Assembly (NCBI RefSeq): GCF_006345805.1
Contig: NW_021832527.1
Coordinates: forward strand, 1 to 30,469
Source: Octopus sinensis
Taxonomy: Eukaryota
Length of the DNA stretch: 30,469 bases
Direction of reading: 5' to 3'
Numbering within the stretch: the first letter of the stretch is position 1; each line of letters begins with the position of its first letter. Positions 9,071 to 20,537 of this stretch are shown here, one piece after another. A program made the translations under genes and the position numbers. The notes beneath the pieces are model-generated. The model was given only the letters and a program-made list of their open reading frames with translations. It was not told where the DNA came from and did no database searches.

Positions 9071-11525
9071 TCCGACGATTTGGCGGCGAGGTTGGCCCTC
9101 GACCAACACTTCAACGCCAAACACGAAGGGTGTGTTGTCAGAGCTAGGATGCGTGCTCTAAGGAACGAAGGTGTTAGAGCCGCGAGAGAAGCCCGGGTGG
9201 CAGAGGCGCAACAGGGCAACAAAGTCATCTACCCCTGGTAGATGAACAGGGGCACAACGGAGCAACAAAGTCGTCTACCCCTGGTAGATGAACAGGGGCG
9301 CGAATTGCTCGAGCCAAGTAAAATGTGTGAGGCCTTCCAACAGCATTTTGGCCGACTGTTCGAGACTAGTGGCGGGCAAGAACTTCGGTGGACTTCGGTA
9401 CCTACCTGCACAGCCTACCACGATTCTCGACAAGAGAGGCAGGGCGCTGCGAAGGTGCCATCAGGGCGGCGGAAGCGCAGGACGCGATGGCAGAATGCTC
9501 GAGAGACAAATCGATGGGTTTTGTTTGTCTACACCACGAGCTTTACAGTTGTATTCCAGACTTTTTGGAGACGTCTTGGCAGCGGTGTACTGCAACTGGC
9601 AGCAAAACTGGAGCATTCCTGGTTTTGTGATCCGAGGAGCCGTAACACTGCTGAAGAAAGATCTCAACAAGGGGAATGTTATAGATAACTTTAGGCCCAT
9701 TACTTTGCTGAGGGGAGGACTTGAAAATTTTGGCCAAGGTGTTAGCCAAGAGGTTGGCGCTTGTCATCGAGAAACTGGTCGACAAGGCGCAAACGTGCGC
9801 CGTGCCGGGCCGGAGCATCCATGACGACCGCCACCTGATGCACTACATCATAGACAGGGTAGTTAAGGAATCTGGCACGGGTGGAGTGCAGATCAATTTG
9901 GATCAATCGAAAGCTTTCGATAGGGTAGACCATCGATACTTGGAAGCTGTCCTCAGAGCGGCTGGATTCGGTCCCGTCTTCCGCGGCTGGATAGCCGCTT
10001 TGTACACAGGCATCCGTACGGTAATTCGCGAAAATGGACTTCTATAGAGACCTTTAGACATTGCACGTTATGTCCGTTAGGGATGCCTCCTCTCGTCGCT
10101 TCTGAACGCATTGACTCTCGAGCCATTATTACGGAAGCTGCCAACTATGAGGGTCATCCCACGAGAATTGGGATTCGTGACGAGCGTGTCGGCATACGAG
10201 CACATCGAGCATGTCGGCGAGACACTGAAAGACTACGTAGCGGTGACAGGACCGAAAACAACCGGGAAAAATCAGTGGGCTTGCGACTCGGCACCTGGAG
10301 AAGCAAGCCCATGCAGTCCACCAGCGCCTCCGTTGTGGGACGCTGGACCGACGGTCCGGTCGAGTTTCTCGGGTTCTGGTTTGGGCGAGACCTCCAAATG
10401 GCGAAAAAGTGGAACGAGATAATGAGCAGGGTGGCCACTCTCGCCCGGCAATGGGCCGAGAGAAACTGTCCCTAAAATGTCGGGCGGAGGTGGCGAACTC
10501 GTACATCGCGTACGTCATCTACTACCGCCTGACCGTCGTGCCTTGTCCCGACCCTACCATCACCAAACTAGAACGCATTCTCTTTCGCGTCATGTGGAAA
10601 GGATGCGTCCCGATGCGATCCATTTGCTGTCAACAACCGTTAAAGGGGAGGGCTGGCCATGCCTTTTTTTATGATGCGCAGACACGCGCTGAGACTGCGA
10701 CATCTCAGGCTCTACGTAGACGACGGTGAACAGGTGTGGTCGCCGTTTGTGAGGCACGCTTTCCCGCAACTCATCTCCATGACCGAACTGCAGCCGTGGA
10801 TCAAAAGGAGGCCGAGAAGGGGCGAATGGCACCGCGAGTGTCCCGTTGCTGTCAAGCAATTATGCCGTCCTGGGTCGACCATGAGTGACATCAACACAAC
10901 CCAAGCATTCTATAGGGGATTAGTGGAGGGGAGGCGCGACGACGAGCTCGGGGCGAACCTGGACGTCGACGAGGAATATCTGACCCGCCTGTTCAAGACG
11001 ACTTTCGGGCCAGGGCCCATTCACAACATCCAGAGATCCTTTACCTGGCAGTGCTACCGAGAAGCGCTACTCCTTCGGGATAAACTCAACAGACACAGCT
11101 CGAGGAATACGGGGCCGACCTGCCCGAGATGCGGACAGAGTGACGAAACCGTTCTGCACGCACTCGTGCAGTGTCCAAACATTTCCGAACTGTGGGCTTA
11201 TGTCGAACAACTGCTGTCACGTGTGGGACGAGTCGGTTAAACAGCCGAGTCTATCGTCAATATTGTCACGCCTCTTTCTTTCAAGCAGAAAGGAAGAGCT
11301 ATTTTCATCATATGGCGAAATAATGTATCTGGTGGACGCGTATGAAAGGATTGGAGACAAACACTTTCCTCTCTGGTCAATCTCTCAACATCTTCTTGTA
11401 TCATCTCTTCAAGTATCACTTGAAAAAAAAGTGAGAGCAGAGAGGCAAGTTTTGTCTAGCGAATGTTTTAAGAAAGATGGGTGAATGTAGCAAGGATGGT
11501 ACGTATGAATGACGAAGCATAATCC
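9070..11525 (+). mobile_element. 5'-truncated Tx1-clade (L1 superfamily) LINE ORF2, frameshifted
   Basis: GCVVRAR, NFRPITLL, KILAKVLAKRL, QTCAVPGRSIHD, NLDQSKAFDRVDH, GC.LS.LL.AL.LEPLL, NREKS.GLRLG, C-terminal knuckle CPRCGQSDETVLHALVQC. The YADD motif is deleted at about 10198. Confidence 0.92.
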
Positions 11526-11779
11526 TATGAAACCGGAAATTTAAAACAGAGGGTTACTTGAAAACAAATGTGGTAATTAAGAAATTTTTAGGGAAATTAA
11601 TTATGTGCGCGGGTTTAAGTGAAATGTTTGAAGTTACTCCTGGCAGTAAATTATGAACTTACATTTATCAGTAATTCCTTCAACAACAACAAACACAAAA
11701 CACAAAACGTTGCAAAAGTAAATAAGAAATTTACAGAAGTGTACGGATTGAATTGGAATTTATGAAGTTACAGCCTCCG

Positions 11780-13644
11780 GGAAAATCAGCAGAGAAATAG
11801 AAAGATTCCAGCATCTCACCTCAACCTTTTCTTACCAACTGTCTTTAATGACTGCATCGGCGATCCCTTTCTTCTCGTTGGTAAGGGTTGCAATGAGTGG
11901 GTGCTTCATGTCATCTTTCTGCTCAACCCGTTACATTCCAATTGGTTCAAGCAAGCTAATATTAAACCAGCTAATGCCATTTTCAATTAACACAGAATTT
12001 ATGAAGTGTAGAGTCTGCATTCAGCCCTCGGTGAGCATAATCTTCCATCATAGAATTCTTGTCAGTATTCCACAGGCGAAGAACATTGGAAGAACTTGAA
12101 TAGGTGCAGAGGACAGCAAACGTAATACACAACTGAAATGGCATCCGACACGCAGTAGCTTCAAGTATAGTGTGCTCCAAACTCTCATCATTTTGGAGGA
12201 GACCAACTCATATGTACGCATCTTTAAATGTTGCATAAATTTCACCTCCTACACTGCTCACTTCTCAAAGCGCTTAGCACCTGGAACATCCGAAATAGCA
12301 ATCGTAAATGAATTTTTTTTACGTCCTTAGGAATCACTGTGTTCATTCTGCAGCCGATGGTATTGATTTTCTCCTGAGTGTTCATGGTTTTTGTACGTTC
12401 ATTAAACACATAACGCATAGGAATGTTAGGGTACAAGTACTTCCGTTAATTGTGCTCATTCAGTTTGAACCATGCAGTGAGAGTATTGTCACGATCTCTC
12501 TGTTCTTGAGCAGGTTGCTAAGTGCTACCTCTGTGAAAGCTCAGTCTCCGATGGTCTTCAAAGTGAACTGCTAAACTGTAGACAGTGTGGGACGAGTCAT
12601 GCAGCTTCTACATAGACATTCTCCATAAGGCTTTAGAAGCTGAAACATATCAACACGCAAAATAATTTCTGATTTAACCATGAGGTTGCTGAGTCTGTCC
12701 ACCTTCTGCAACTGCATCATTCCTTACTTCAACTGAAGCGCTATCACGACCGTTTTAGACATACTTGCATATATACTTGACATTTTTACAGATGAGCAAA
12801 CTTCAACGTTAATATGAGCTCGGAATTTCTTTAATAGGTAAGCATAGTATGGAACGACATACCAGTTGTTAAAAGAATGGCATCCAACTTGTGATGTGAT
12901 CCCTTTATTGTGCCTCCTGTACTCTGGATATCCATTAATATTTAGTAGTGTCTCATTTCTGTAGTTCTTGGGAAACTTTGTTTGGCAAGAGCCATTCCCC
13001 ATGTATTGCGATGAGGGGTTATCAACACCATAAGGTCTAAGTCTCATGAATTTTTTAAAATTAAATCATGTAAGACGGGGTCATCATTTGAATCAGAAAT
13101 TTCTGCTGGTACCATTCTGTCTATATCATCTCTGATCTTCACTTTGTCTACGAGCATATGGCAGTGTGGAAGTCCTCTCTTTTGAAACTCGATGACACGG
13201 ACATGAGTTACTCTTACACCAAATACATGTCTGTCCACCATATCCTTCAGAAATCCAATGATATATCGGTTTTCAAAAGTCTTATTTCGCTGCAGATTAT
13301 TTTCTCTCTCATGGCAATTAGGGTTTTCAGGGTGCAGTTATTTCATTGCTAGGGGAAAAATTGTAGCGCCTTATATATCCCGTTCTTTTGAAATGTATTT
13401 CACACTTTCGTAATTGTACATATTCACGACTGGCACTTCCAATCTCTTGTTGTTCAATTAAGTGCATGTTCCCATATAACTCAGCCTAAGGATTTACTTG
13501 TTGCACATGACACCCATTCTTTGAGAAGAGCTTTGGGAGTTCTGACTTGCTTCCACTCTGTGATGCATTAATAATATACAACTGACTGTACTGCAGGCGA
13601 CCATTGACAGTTCGTAGTGTTGTGCTAAGTTTGGCCCTGAATAC
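11780..13644 (-). mobile_element. Helitron RepHel relic, 3' part (Rep region to the start of the helicase)
   Basis: VIEFQKRGLPHCHML (about 13155-13197), NGYPEYRR, VVPYYAYLLKKFRAHINVEVCSS, YVSASKALWR, LTAWFKLN, MPFQL...AVLC...LW. An internal deletion lies at about 13250; the helicase is essentially missing. Confidence 0.9.
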
Positions 13645-13870
13645 GTTCTATATCCTGGTATTGGATATATAATTTAACGAAGCTATTTACACGACGCAAT
13701 ACGATTACTATTACGTGAGACTCGACGCTCTCTGCCAACGGATCATAGGTAAATGCTTACCAATCAATTGTTCACAATAAATTGCTTACGACTAGACAGT
13801 TCTCCATGTAATGGAAATGTGTCAGACCACTTTTAGTCACTTGGAAGGTTGTCAGAATCTTTCCACAGCA
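13645..13870 (-). repeat. Gypsy 3' LTR
   Basis: Starts TGCTGTGGAAAG directly after the polypurine tract and aligns by eye to 17275-17436. The terminal CA is degenerate. Confidence 0.8.
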
Positions 13871-13880
13871 TCTCCCCTTT
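13871..13880 (-). other. Polypurine tract (AAAGGGGAGA) of the Gypsy element
   Basis: Purine run immediately 5' of the TG that starts the 3' LTR. Confidence 0.8.
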
Positions 13881-16800
13881 ATAGAATTAGTCTCCCCTAA
13901 ATTCTCCACTTGAGAATTAAAGTCGCTCAGAGTTTTAATATCTCTTATGGTTAGGGCTCAATTCTTGTGTTTCCATTCGTTTCGTTTTCTGGTGCTAGAA
14001 CGTGTAATTACAAATTGTTTCTGTGTTGGTACCTCAAACGTGTCGTGCAATTTTTTCATGAGAATTTCACTTCTTTTGTCTGATTTTTCCTTGAATCAGG
14101 TTTTAAGTTGGTTAATAAGTCTTTTATGTTCGATATTTGTTTTCACCTTTTACCGGGAATATCATTCTTGCAATTTATATAACAATTGTACCATCCTCCC
14201 AGCCTTGTTTACGATATCTATAGGTTTTAATAAGCTTTGTCAGCTAACTTGAAGAATTTTGAAATATTATTCCTTTTTTTATATTTTCACTCGGTATCGG
14301 CTGATCAAAGATGGATCTGATCTTTCTAACAAACATCAGATATCTCTGTAACCAGAGATGTCGGCTTTCTACATTTATGCACTTCAGACCACGTTGAAAA
14401 ACAGTCCCCCACAACAAAGTGATATGAAACCTTAAGTGATTTTAGCCACGGGTGCCATTTCGTGATGGGTGTATTTGGAGCTAGAGAACAGCGTATTGCA
14501 TACTATCACTATGTCTTCAATGTTACAGTCCATTGTTGGCCAGTATACCTAACTTCTCATTAACGATTTTATTATCGAAATCCCTTTGACTCAATATGAA
14601 ATTCCTTTAGTAATTGCTTTTGTAGTGTGGCTGGCACTACGACTCTTTGCGCATATATCAGCACATTGTCACACCTTGTGATAGGCTCGAATATTTTTCA
14701 TCTCTTTAATCCTTCTGCATTTCTTTCATTTTTTAATGAATATATCCCTTCCCAATTGTAATTTTATGTCCTGTAACGTAAATAGCTGTTCGCGCATGGA
14801 GTTATACAGTTTGATTTTAATTTCATTTTCCGCTCGCAAATTAGCAATCACGGTATCTTCAAATGCTTCAGCATTTTCTGAAATCTGTCTTGATAAACGA
14901 TTAGCGTGTCCTAATTTTTTAGATGGTATATACTCTATCTTAAATTCATAGTTTAATAATACAGTACCCCAGCGTTGCAGCCTATTAGCAGTACGGCTAG
15001 ATATTTATTTCTTTTACTCATATACTGATAATAACGGACGATGATCTGTCTGTATTCAAAAACTTCTGCCGTGTAAAAATCTATGCAATTTTTTACGGCA
15101 AAAATAATTACAAGAGCCTCTTTTTTGATTTGGCTGTAATATTTTCTGCTGATATCAAGAACCACCGCCTTCATGTTACCATCTTTTTATTTATGTAGCA
15201 TTACTGCGCCGATACAGTATTCAGAGGCATCTGAAGTTACAAAATTCTCCGCTACAGAATCGAAGCGTGCTAACAACAAATCAGATGTTAATATTTTAAA
15301 ATTTCGTCGAATTCCCTTTGACAATTTTCAGAGCAATTTCAATTGACATTTTTTAAATACATAATCTACTGTAACGCTTACCCTATGCATATTTAGAATA
15401 TAATTTTGGTCATAATTTGCCGGTCTCCAAAGCAATCATGTAAGGTCGTTATATTTGTCGGAGGGGGCATGTATTTAATTGCGTCTGCCCTCAACGGATC
15501 TGGTCCTCGTCCATTTCTTTCAATTGTTTGTCCAATTTTATTTTAGTTAAGAAGAAAATTCACGCTTTCTTTTTCAATGTAATCCCTAATTTTTTCGAAC
15601 ATATATTTTACTTGCTCTACATGTTGATCCCGTGATTCGCTTTTAATGAGTATATCATCCAGATATGAAAATGCAAATTCACTATCCGCTAACACTGCAT
15701 CCATAAGCTGTTGAAAAATCGCCGGTGTTACATTTCAGACACATAGTAACATGTTGTGTATATATGTGCATTAATTTTTAGGTATTTATAGCATTCATCG
15801 TCTACTCTAAGATGTAGGTACGCATCAGAGATATTCAATTAAGAATATACCTTGCCACCGTCTAATTTTACAAATATATCCCCCAGGGTAGGTAGCGGAT
15901 AGTGGAACGTTTTAAGACACTCATTTAAACCAGTGGAAAAAATCAGCATACACTCTGATTTTGATTATTTGTTTCTAACGATGCAAAAGTTTATCTGTTC
16001 CAACGATGCCAAAGTTACAGTTCGTTTATATTTAAATACCGGTTTGGCATTTACTTTTAGTTGGAACTTCGTTTTCGTTGTGATGCTGAGATCTAATTTA
16101 TCAGAGAGAACTTCAGGAAAAATCTTTTAAAATTATTTCTACAAATCGTCCGACGATTCATTTGTATTGGCAAGAAAACCATTCACATTTTTACTGAAAA
16201 TATTTATGGGGAGTTCCCATAAGTTAAACAATTCTATTCAGTGTTCCGAATAAATTTGTGTTATTATTCAACACAAAACCTTTGGTTTTTAAGGTTTTCC
16301 CACGAAATGGAACGTGATTTATCATTACGCCATTAAAATGTAATTATTTTCCACCTGCAATTTTCGAAATGTCTTTTAATCTAGGTCTTCTCTCTTTTTT
16401 CTATGTATCTGTGTTAATTATCGAGATATCACTGCCCTTATCTAGTTGTAACTTTACGTACACAAATTTCCTTTGAGGCTGTTCGTTTTTTTGTCACCGA
16501 TAACCTGTTTTCGTGTTTTCTTTCTGTTGAACTATTTTCCAGGTTTGTTCTACAGTGTGATTTTTTTATGATCTCTCTTGCCACATTTGACGCCTTTTAT
16601 ATTTTTAAACGGGCAATTACTTTTAAAATGTTGACCACCGCACCCACAACATGGATTCGATCTTGACACTTGTTTCTCTTATTTCTTATCCGTTACGGTG
16701 GAGACACTGGAATATGAGAGCAATCTTTTTCTTCAATTTCGTTTTGGGCGTCGCTTTCTTCATTTTTTCTGCGTGGTATTTCCTGACATTCTTCTGCTTC

Positions 16801-17274
16801 TGTTTGTAGAGTTACTTTTTGTCCAGTTCCAATTTTGTTTACATCCGTGAACATATATTTCCATCTTTGCTTGCAGTTAGGCCTTAAACAAAAAATATGC
16901 ATTTGAACAGCATCTTAATACATATAATTTGAATTATTTACACTTTCCGTTAACAGCCTCGGCACAGGTGACGAAATCTTCATGTTTTTGGACAAAATGT
17001 AGAAACTGTCCTGAAGTATTTAGCAGAGGACTTCTTTCACTGAAACGGTTTGATAAAATTCGTTTTTGGATTTTAAACGGGCAGTTACTTTTAAAATGTA
17101 GACCACAACATGGTCTCCTTCTTGACATTTTTTCTCTTATCTTATTTCTTATCCGTTACGGTGGAGACACTGGAATATGAGAGCAATCTTTTTCTTCCCT
17201 TTTTCTGCGTCGTGTTCCCTGGCATTCTTCTGCTTCTGTCTGTAGAGTTAATTTAAGGAACAAGGGGGAAAGGA

Positions 17275-17436
17275 AGTATTTACACGACGCGAATCGATTA
17301 CCCAACACTCTCTGTCAATGGCTCACAGTGAACTATTTACCAATTAATTGCTGAAGACTCGACAGTTGTCTATTTAATAGGAATGTGTCAGTTCCCTTTA
17401 AGTCAATTGGAAGGTGGTCGAAATCCTTCCACAACA
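17275..17436 (-). repeat. Gypsy 5' LTR (3' part and primer-binding site deleted)
   Basis: Starts TGTTGTGGAAGG; homologous to 13690-13870, with roughly two thirds of positions matching by eye. Confidence 0.75.
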
Positions 17437-18370
17437 ATACAGAAACAATGTAGACCTCTTCCTTGCGGCACAGAGAGTTTCACACCAAATGACATAAAGG
17501 AAGATATGCAGTTGTAATTGCTGATGTTTTTTTCGAAATGAAGCAGACTCTTGGTAATTTTCTCAGACAAACGCTTCAATGTCTGAGGGTTTAGTTGCAG
17601 TGGAGGAAAATTCACTTTATTATTGTGACAGAACATGAAGTTTTCATATTTAAAGTTCAGTGCTCCACAATACTCGCAATATAAGTACATATCACCAATA
17701 CGATAGGTTAGTTTAGGATTATTGTGTCTGTTCAGTGGTAGTCCATGTCTTCCTTCACGCTTTCGTTGCACCAGTTCATCTCGCAAACGTAACGCCTGTT
17801 CAGCATTCATACATGCAACTCCATCTTGATGCCTCTCTGTTTGATCTTGGAGACAAGCAGCCCTTTCCAAATCATCCATATTCTCCCTTCTCTGTTACAT
17901 AACATTTTTCTGTTGGTCCTGATACTGCGCACGCTGCATATCATTCATGATTTCCATTCTCCGCTGAAATATCAATCTTTGTTGTTCCTTGTACTGTGTT
18001 TGTTCTTCCTCATCCTGTCTTCTACTTTGGTCTCGCATTCTCTCTCATTACAATTGTGCCTTGCGTTGCTGTTCATCTATTGCAGATTGGCTCATCTGTT
18101 GGTACCATTTGTCCCTTTCTCTGGTTTCTTACCGCTATTCTTCTCTTATTCGCTGCCTGTAGTGCCTAACCCTCTCGCTAGTAGCTTCTAATCTTCTTTA
18201 ACTATCCATTGTTCAGTCAAGTTTTGTAATTTGCTTATTTCATAAGCACAGCTTTGGAAAAAGGATCAAATAACCTTAAATTGCGAATTTCTATCTCCCC
18301 CATAGCGGAAGCACTACCAACGGCGGCATGTATGAGAAGCAGTAACAACATTAATCGGGGTCTTGTAGAG
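17437..18370 (-). mobile_element. Helitron RepHel relic, 5' part (low-complexity N-terminus and Zn-finger-like region)
   Basis: YCEYCGALNFKYENFMFCHNNKV, NISNYNCISSFMSFG, GRGLHCFCI. Joining across the Gypsy insertion gives HCFCIQGQT, matching the Helitron YCFRIHGQTYH block. The 5' terminus is uncertain. Confidence 0.85.
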
Positions 18371-19199
18371 ATGGAATTTACTGTGTCCACCTTTATTTTA
18401 ATTGAAATATATATATTTTAATTATAGTGTATATATTTCTTAATTGTAATATATATATATATATGCGTCGTACATATGACACTGTAAATAAGTTTGAATA
18501 TTTAGCAGAATTGCATTTATGAGCACGTGTTAAGTGAAAGGTGGTATAAAATACTTAGTTCAATTCAAAAGTTACTTTGCATTATGCACTCACAATTACC
18601 ACTACCACCACTACCACCGTCTCTCACTCCCCCTTTCTCTCATTTTCTCAGTTTATCTACCTATCTGCCTTATTTTAATCTCACCATCAGAACATCACCG
18701 TTCTACTAAAATTATATTCGTAACCCTCCTCAATATCACGACCTTCATCTAACATTTTCTTCACGTAATAAATATTACGTTCCCCCTACCACATGTCCTC
18801 TCCCTCTTTTTCTCCCTCGGTTTTTTCTCTCTCCCCTTTTCTCCCTCTCCATCTCTTTCTGCCCCACTCTTCGACTTACTTTCGTTTTCTCATTCATTTT
18901 TCTTTCTCTTGGTCTCTCATTCTATTTAACTAATCACGTGAAAGCATTACAGTCACGTTCCTTCTACCTCAGGTCATGGACATTTCTCTTTCGCTCTTTT
19001 TCGTTCTCCCTCTTTTTCTCTAATCACGAGAAAGCGTTACCGACGGACTAATTAAGATTATGACAAGCAGAATTATTATAAGATCAGAAATATTATATTT
19101 AAGTTTTCTTCATGACAGACTCCTTCGTTTCCTCCTTATTTTTTACATCATTCTTTTCTTCAGCTCCTACATTTTCTGCCACTTCTCTTATTGTTGTTT

Positions 19200-19280
19200 T
19201 AACGTTGTTACTGTTGTTGTTGCTCATCATCGTTATCATCATAATCAACATCATCATCATCTTCTTCTTCTTCTTTTTCT

Positions 19281-19312
<32 letters not shown>

Positions 19313-19332
19313 TTGTTCTTGTTCTTCTTCTT

Positions 19333-19381
<49 letters not shown>

Positions 19382-19450
19382 CACTACTACTACTGCTGCT
19401 GCTGCTTCATCGTTGTTTCCTTTTTCGCCCTATTCTTCATCATCAACTTT
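19200..19450. repeat. Compound trinucleotide microsatellite (GTT, CAT, CTT, CTA, CTG)
   Basis: Direct reading. Confidence 0.95.
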
Positions 19451-19519
19451 CTCTTATGTTAGTCATCTTCTTCATAATAAGATCACGATATGTCATCCAA
19501 TGTCATTTCCACAAACTAA

Positions 19520-19591
19520 ATGTCTCTCTTATCTTCTTTATTTACCCTCATCCTTCTACAATTCATATTGTCTTGCAATTTGTGTTTGCCT
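19520..19591 (+). CDS. Possible first coding exon encoding a signal peptide (MSLLSSLFTLILLQFILSCNLCLP)
   Basis: ATG at 19520, 24 mostly hydrophobic codons, then a consensus GTGAGT donor at 19592 (phase 0). Same strand as, and upstream of, the LRR exon. T/C-rich DNA can mimic this, and I found no linking phase 0-to-2 exon. Confidence 0.4.
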
Positions 19592-19689
19592 GTGAGTAAG
19601 AATGTGGGAATATATGTGAGGGCTGGAAGTGAGTGTGTGCGTTTATAGATCAGGGTTTGATAAGGTATATATAGGTGGATGTGTGTATG

Positions 19690-19707
19690 TACACACACGC
19701 ACACACA

Positions 19708-19768
<61 letters not shown>
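19690..19768. repeat. (CA)n(TA)n microsatellite
   Basis: Direct reading. Confidence 0.95.
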
Positions 19769-19770
19769 TC

Positions 19771-20225
19771 TTGTATTTAGGAATGGCCAATAAAAACTCA
19801 CGCACTATATATTTGGTGTTACTTTGATTCAGCTTTATTTATTTTTGACATTAATCTTAATTTTCTTTCGAACGTATATAAACAGGAGATACAAATATTA
19901 CAGGCACTCCCTCTCACAGACACACACACTTTAACTAAATATAGACACATATAGAGGTATACACAGGCGCAAAAAATGACACATACAATACAAATACAAA
20001 ATACAAAATGGCTGACCGTTAGTAAGAAGAGACACACAAATATAAATGAAGAAAGCAATGAACCACTGACGAGGTCACAGGAGTGGGACGAAAGATCTCT
20101 GGCCGAAATAAGAGTAAGATTGATGTGAAAAATAAATAACGCTGAAGCAAGTAACACCAAATATATAGTGCGTGTGTTTTTTATTGACTAAACTGGCAAA
20201 ATGACCATTCCTAATATAACAAATA
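19771..20225. mobile_element. Inverted-repeat element (arms about 19771-19871 and 20103-20225) carrying a hammerhead; possible Penelope pseudo-LTR remnant or MITE
   Basis: The reverse complement of the left arm (...AAAAATAAATAAAGCTGAATCAAAGTAACACCAAATATATAGTGCGTGAGTTTTTATTGGCCATTCCTAAAT) matches the right arm (...AAAAATAAATAACGCTGAAGCAAGTAACACCAAATATATAGTGCGTGTGTTTTTTATTG...GACCATTCCTAAT). Sits between (TA)n tracts. Confidence 0.65.
20063..20102 (+). ncRNA. Minimal type-I hammerhead ribozyme motif (Penelope-type, palindromic stem III)
   Basis: CCA-CUGACGA (20063-20072), an imperfect stem II GGUCAC AGGA GUGGGAC, GAAA (20090-20093), palindromic GAUC, UC cleavage site (after 20099), and UGG pairing with CCA as stem I. 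Confidence 0.65.
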
Positions 20226-20279
20226 TCTGTTTCAACACACGATTTCATATCAAAATTCTTGCAAAACAAATACATAAAC

Positions 20280-20316
<37 letters not shown>
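20280..20316. repeat. (TA)n
   Basis: Direct reading. Confidence 0.95.
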
Positions 20317-20320
<4 letters not shown>

Positions 20321-20537
20321 TGAGTTTGTTTGATGTGTGAGTACAGTATTTGTATTTATATTCCTTTATTCCACTTGTTTCCCATTCTGATATTCCACGT
20401 TATTTTTCTTGTCTTAATATATCTTCTTTTCCTGCATTTATCGTCTTCTTCACAATTTTCTCTACATTCATTGTTCATCATTTTCGGTTCTGCTTTTAAT
20501 TCTCACAACTGCTTTCTCCTCTTTTCACGAATCATTT

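Larger units (their letters stand above)
13645..17436 (-). mobile_element. Ty3/Gypsy LTR retrotransposon (degenerate gag-PR-RT-RH-IN) nested in the Helitron
   Basis: Gag knuckles CCGCGGQHFKSNCPF (about 16600-16660), protease LDKGSDISII (about 16415-16445), RT YLDD (15654-15665), RNase H DASEYCIGAV (about 15205-15235) and YSQIKKEAL, integrase zinc-finger region (about 14480-14640). Order is PR-RT-RH-IN. Flanked by ATAC duplications at 13641-13644 and 17437-17440. Confidence 0.92.

Noticed and set aside
18931-19040. 20-bp imperfect direct repeat TAATCACG(T/A)GAAAGC(A/G)TTAC spaced 90 bp apart
   Set aside because: Only two copies in pyrimidine-rich sequence; no array or element structure.
19060-19599. 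ORFs with poly-Leu, poly-Phe, poly-Tyr and poly-His runs (also 20330-21127 and 22056-22439)
   Set aside because: Translations of trinucleotide microsatellites; no real protein signal.
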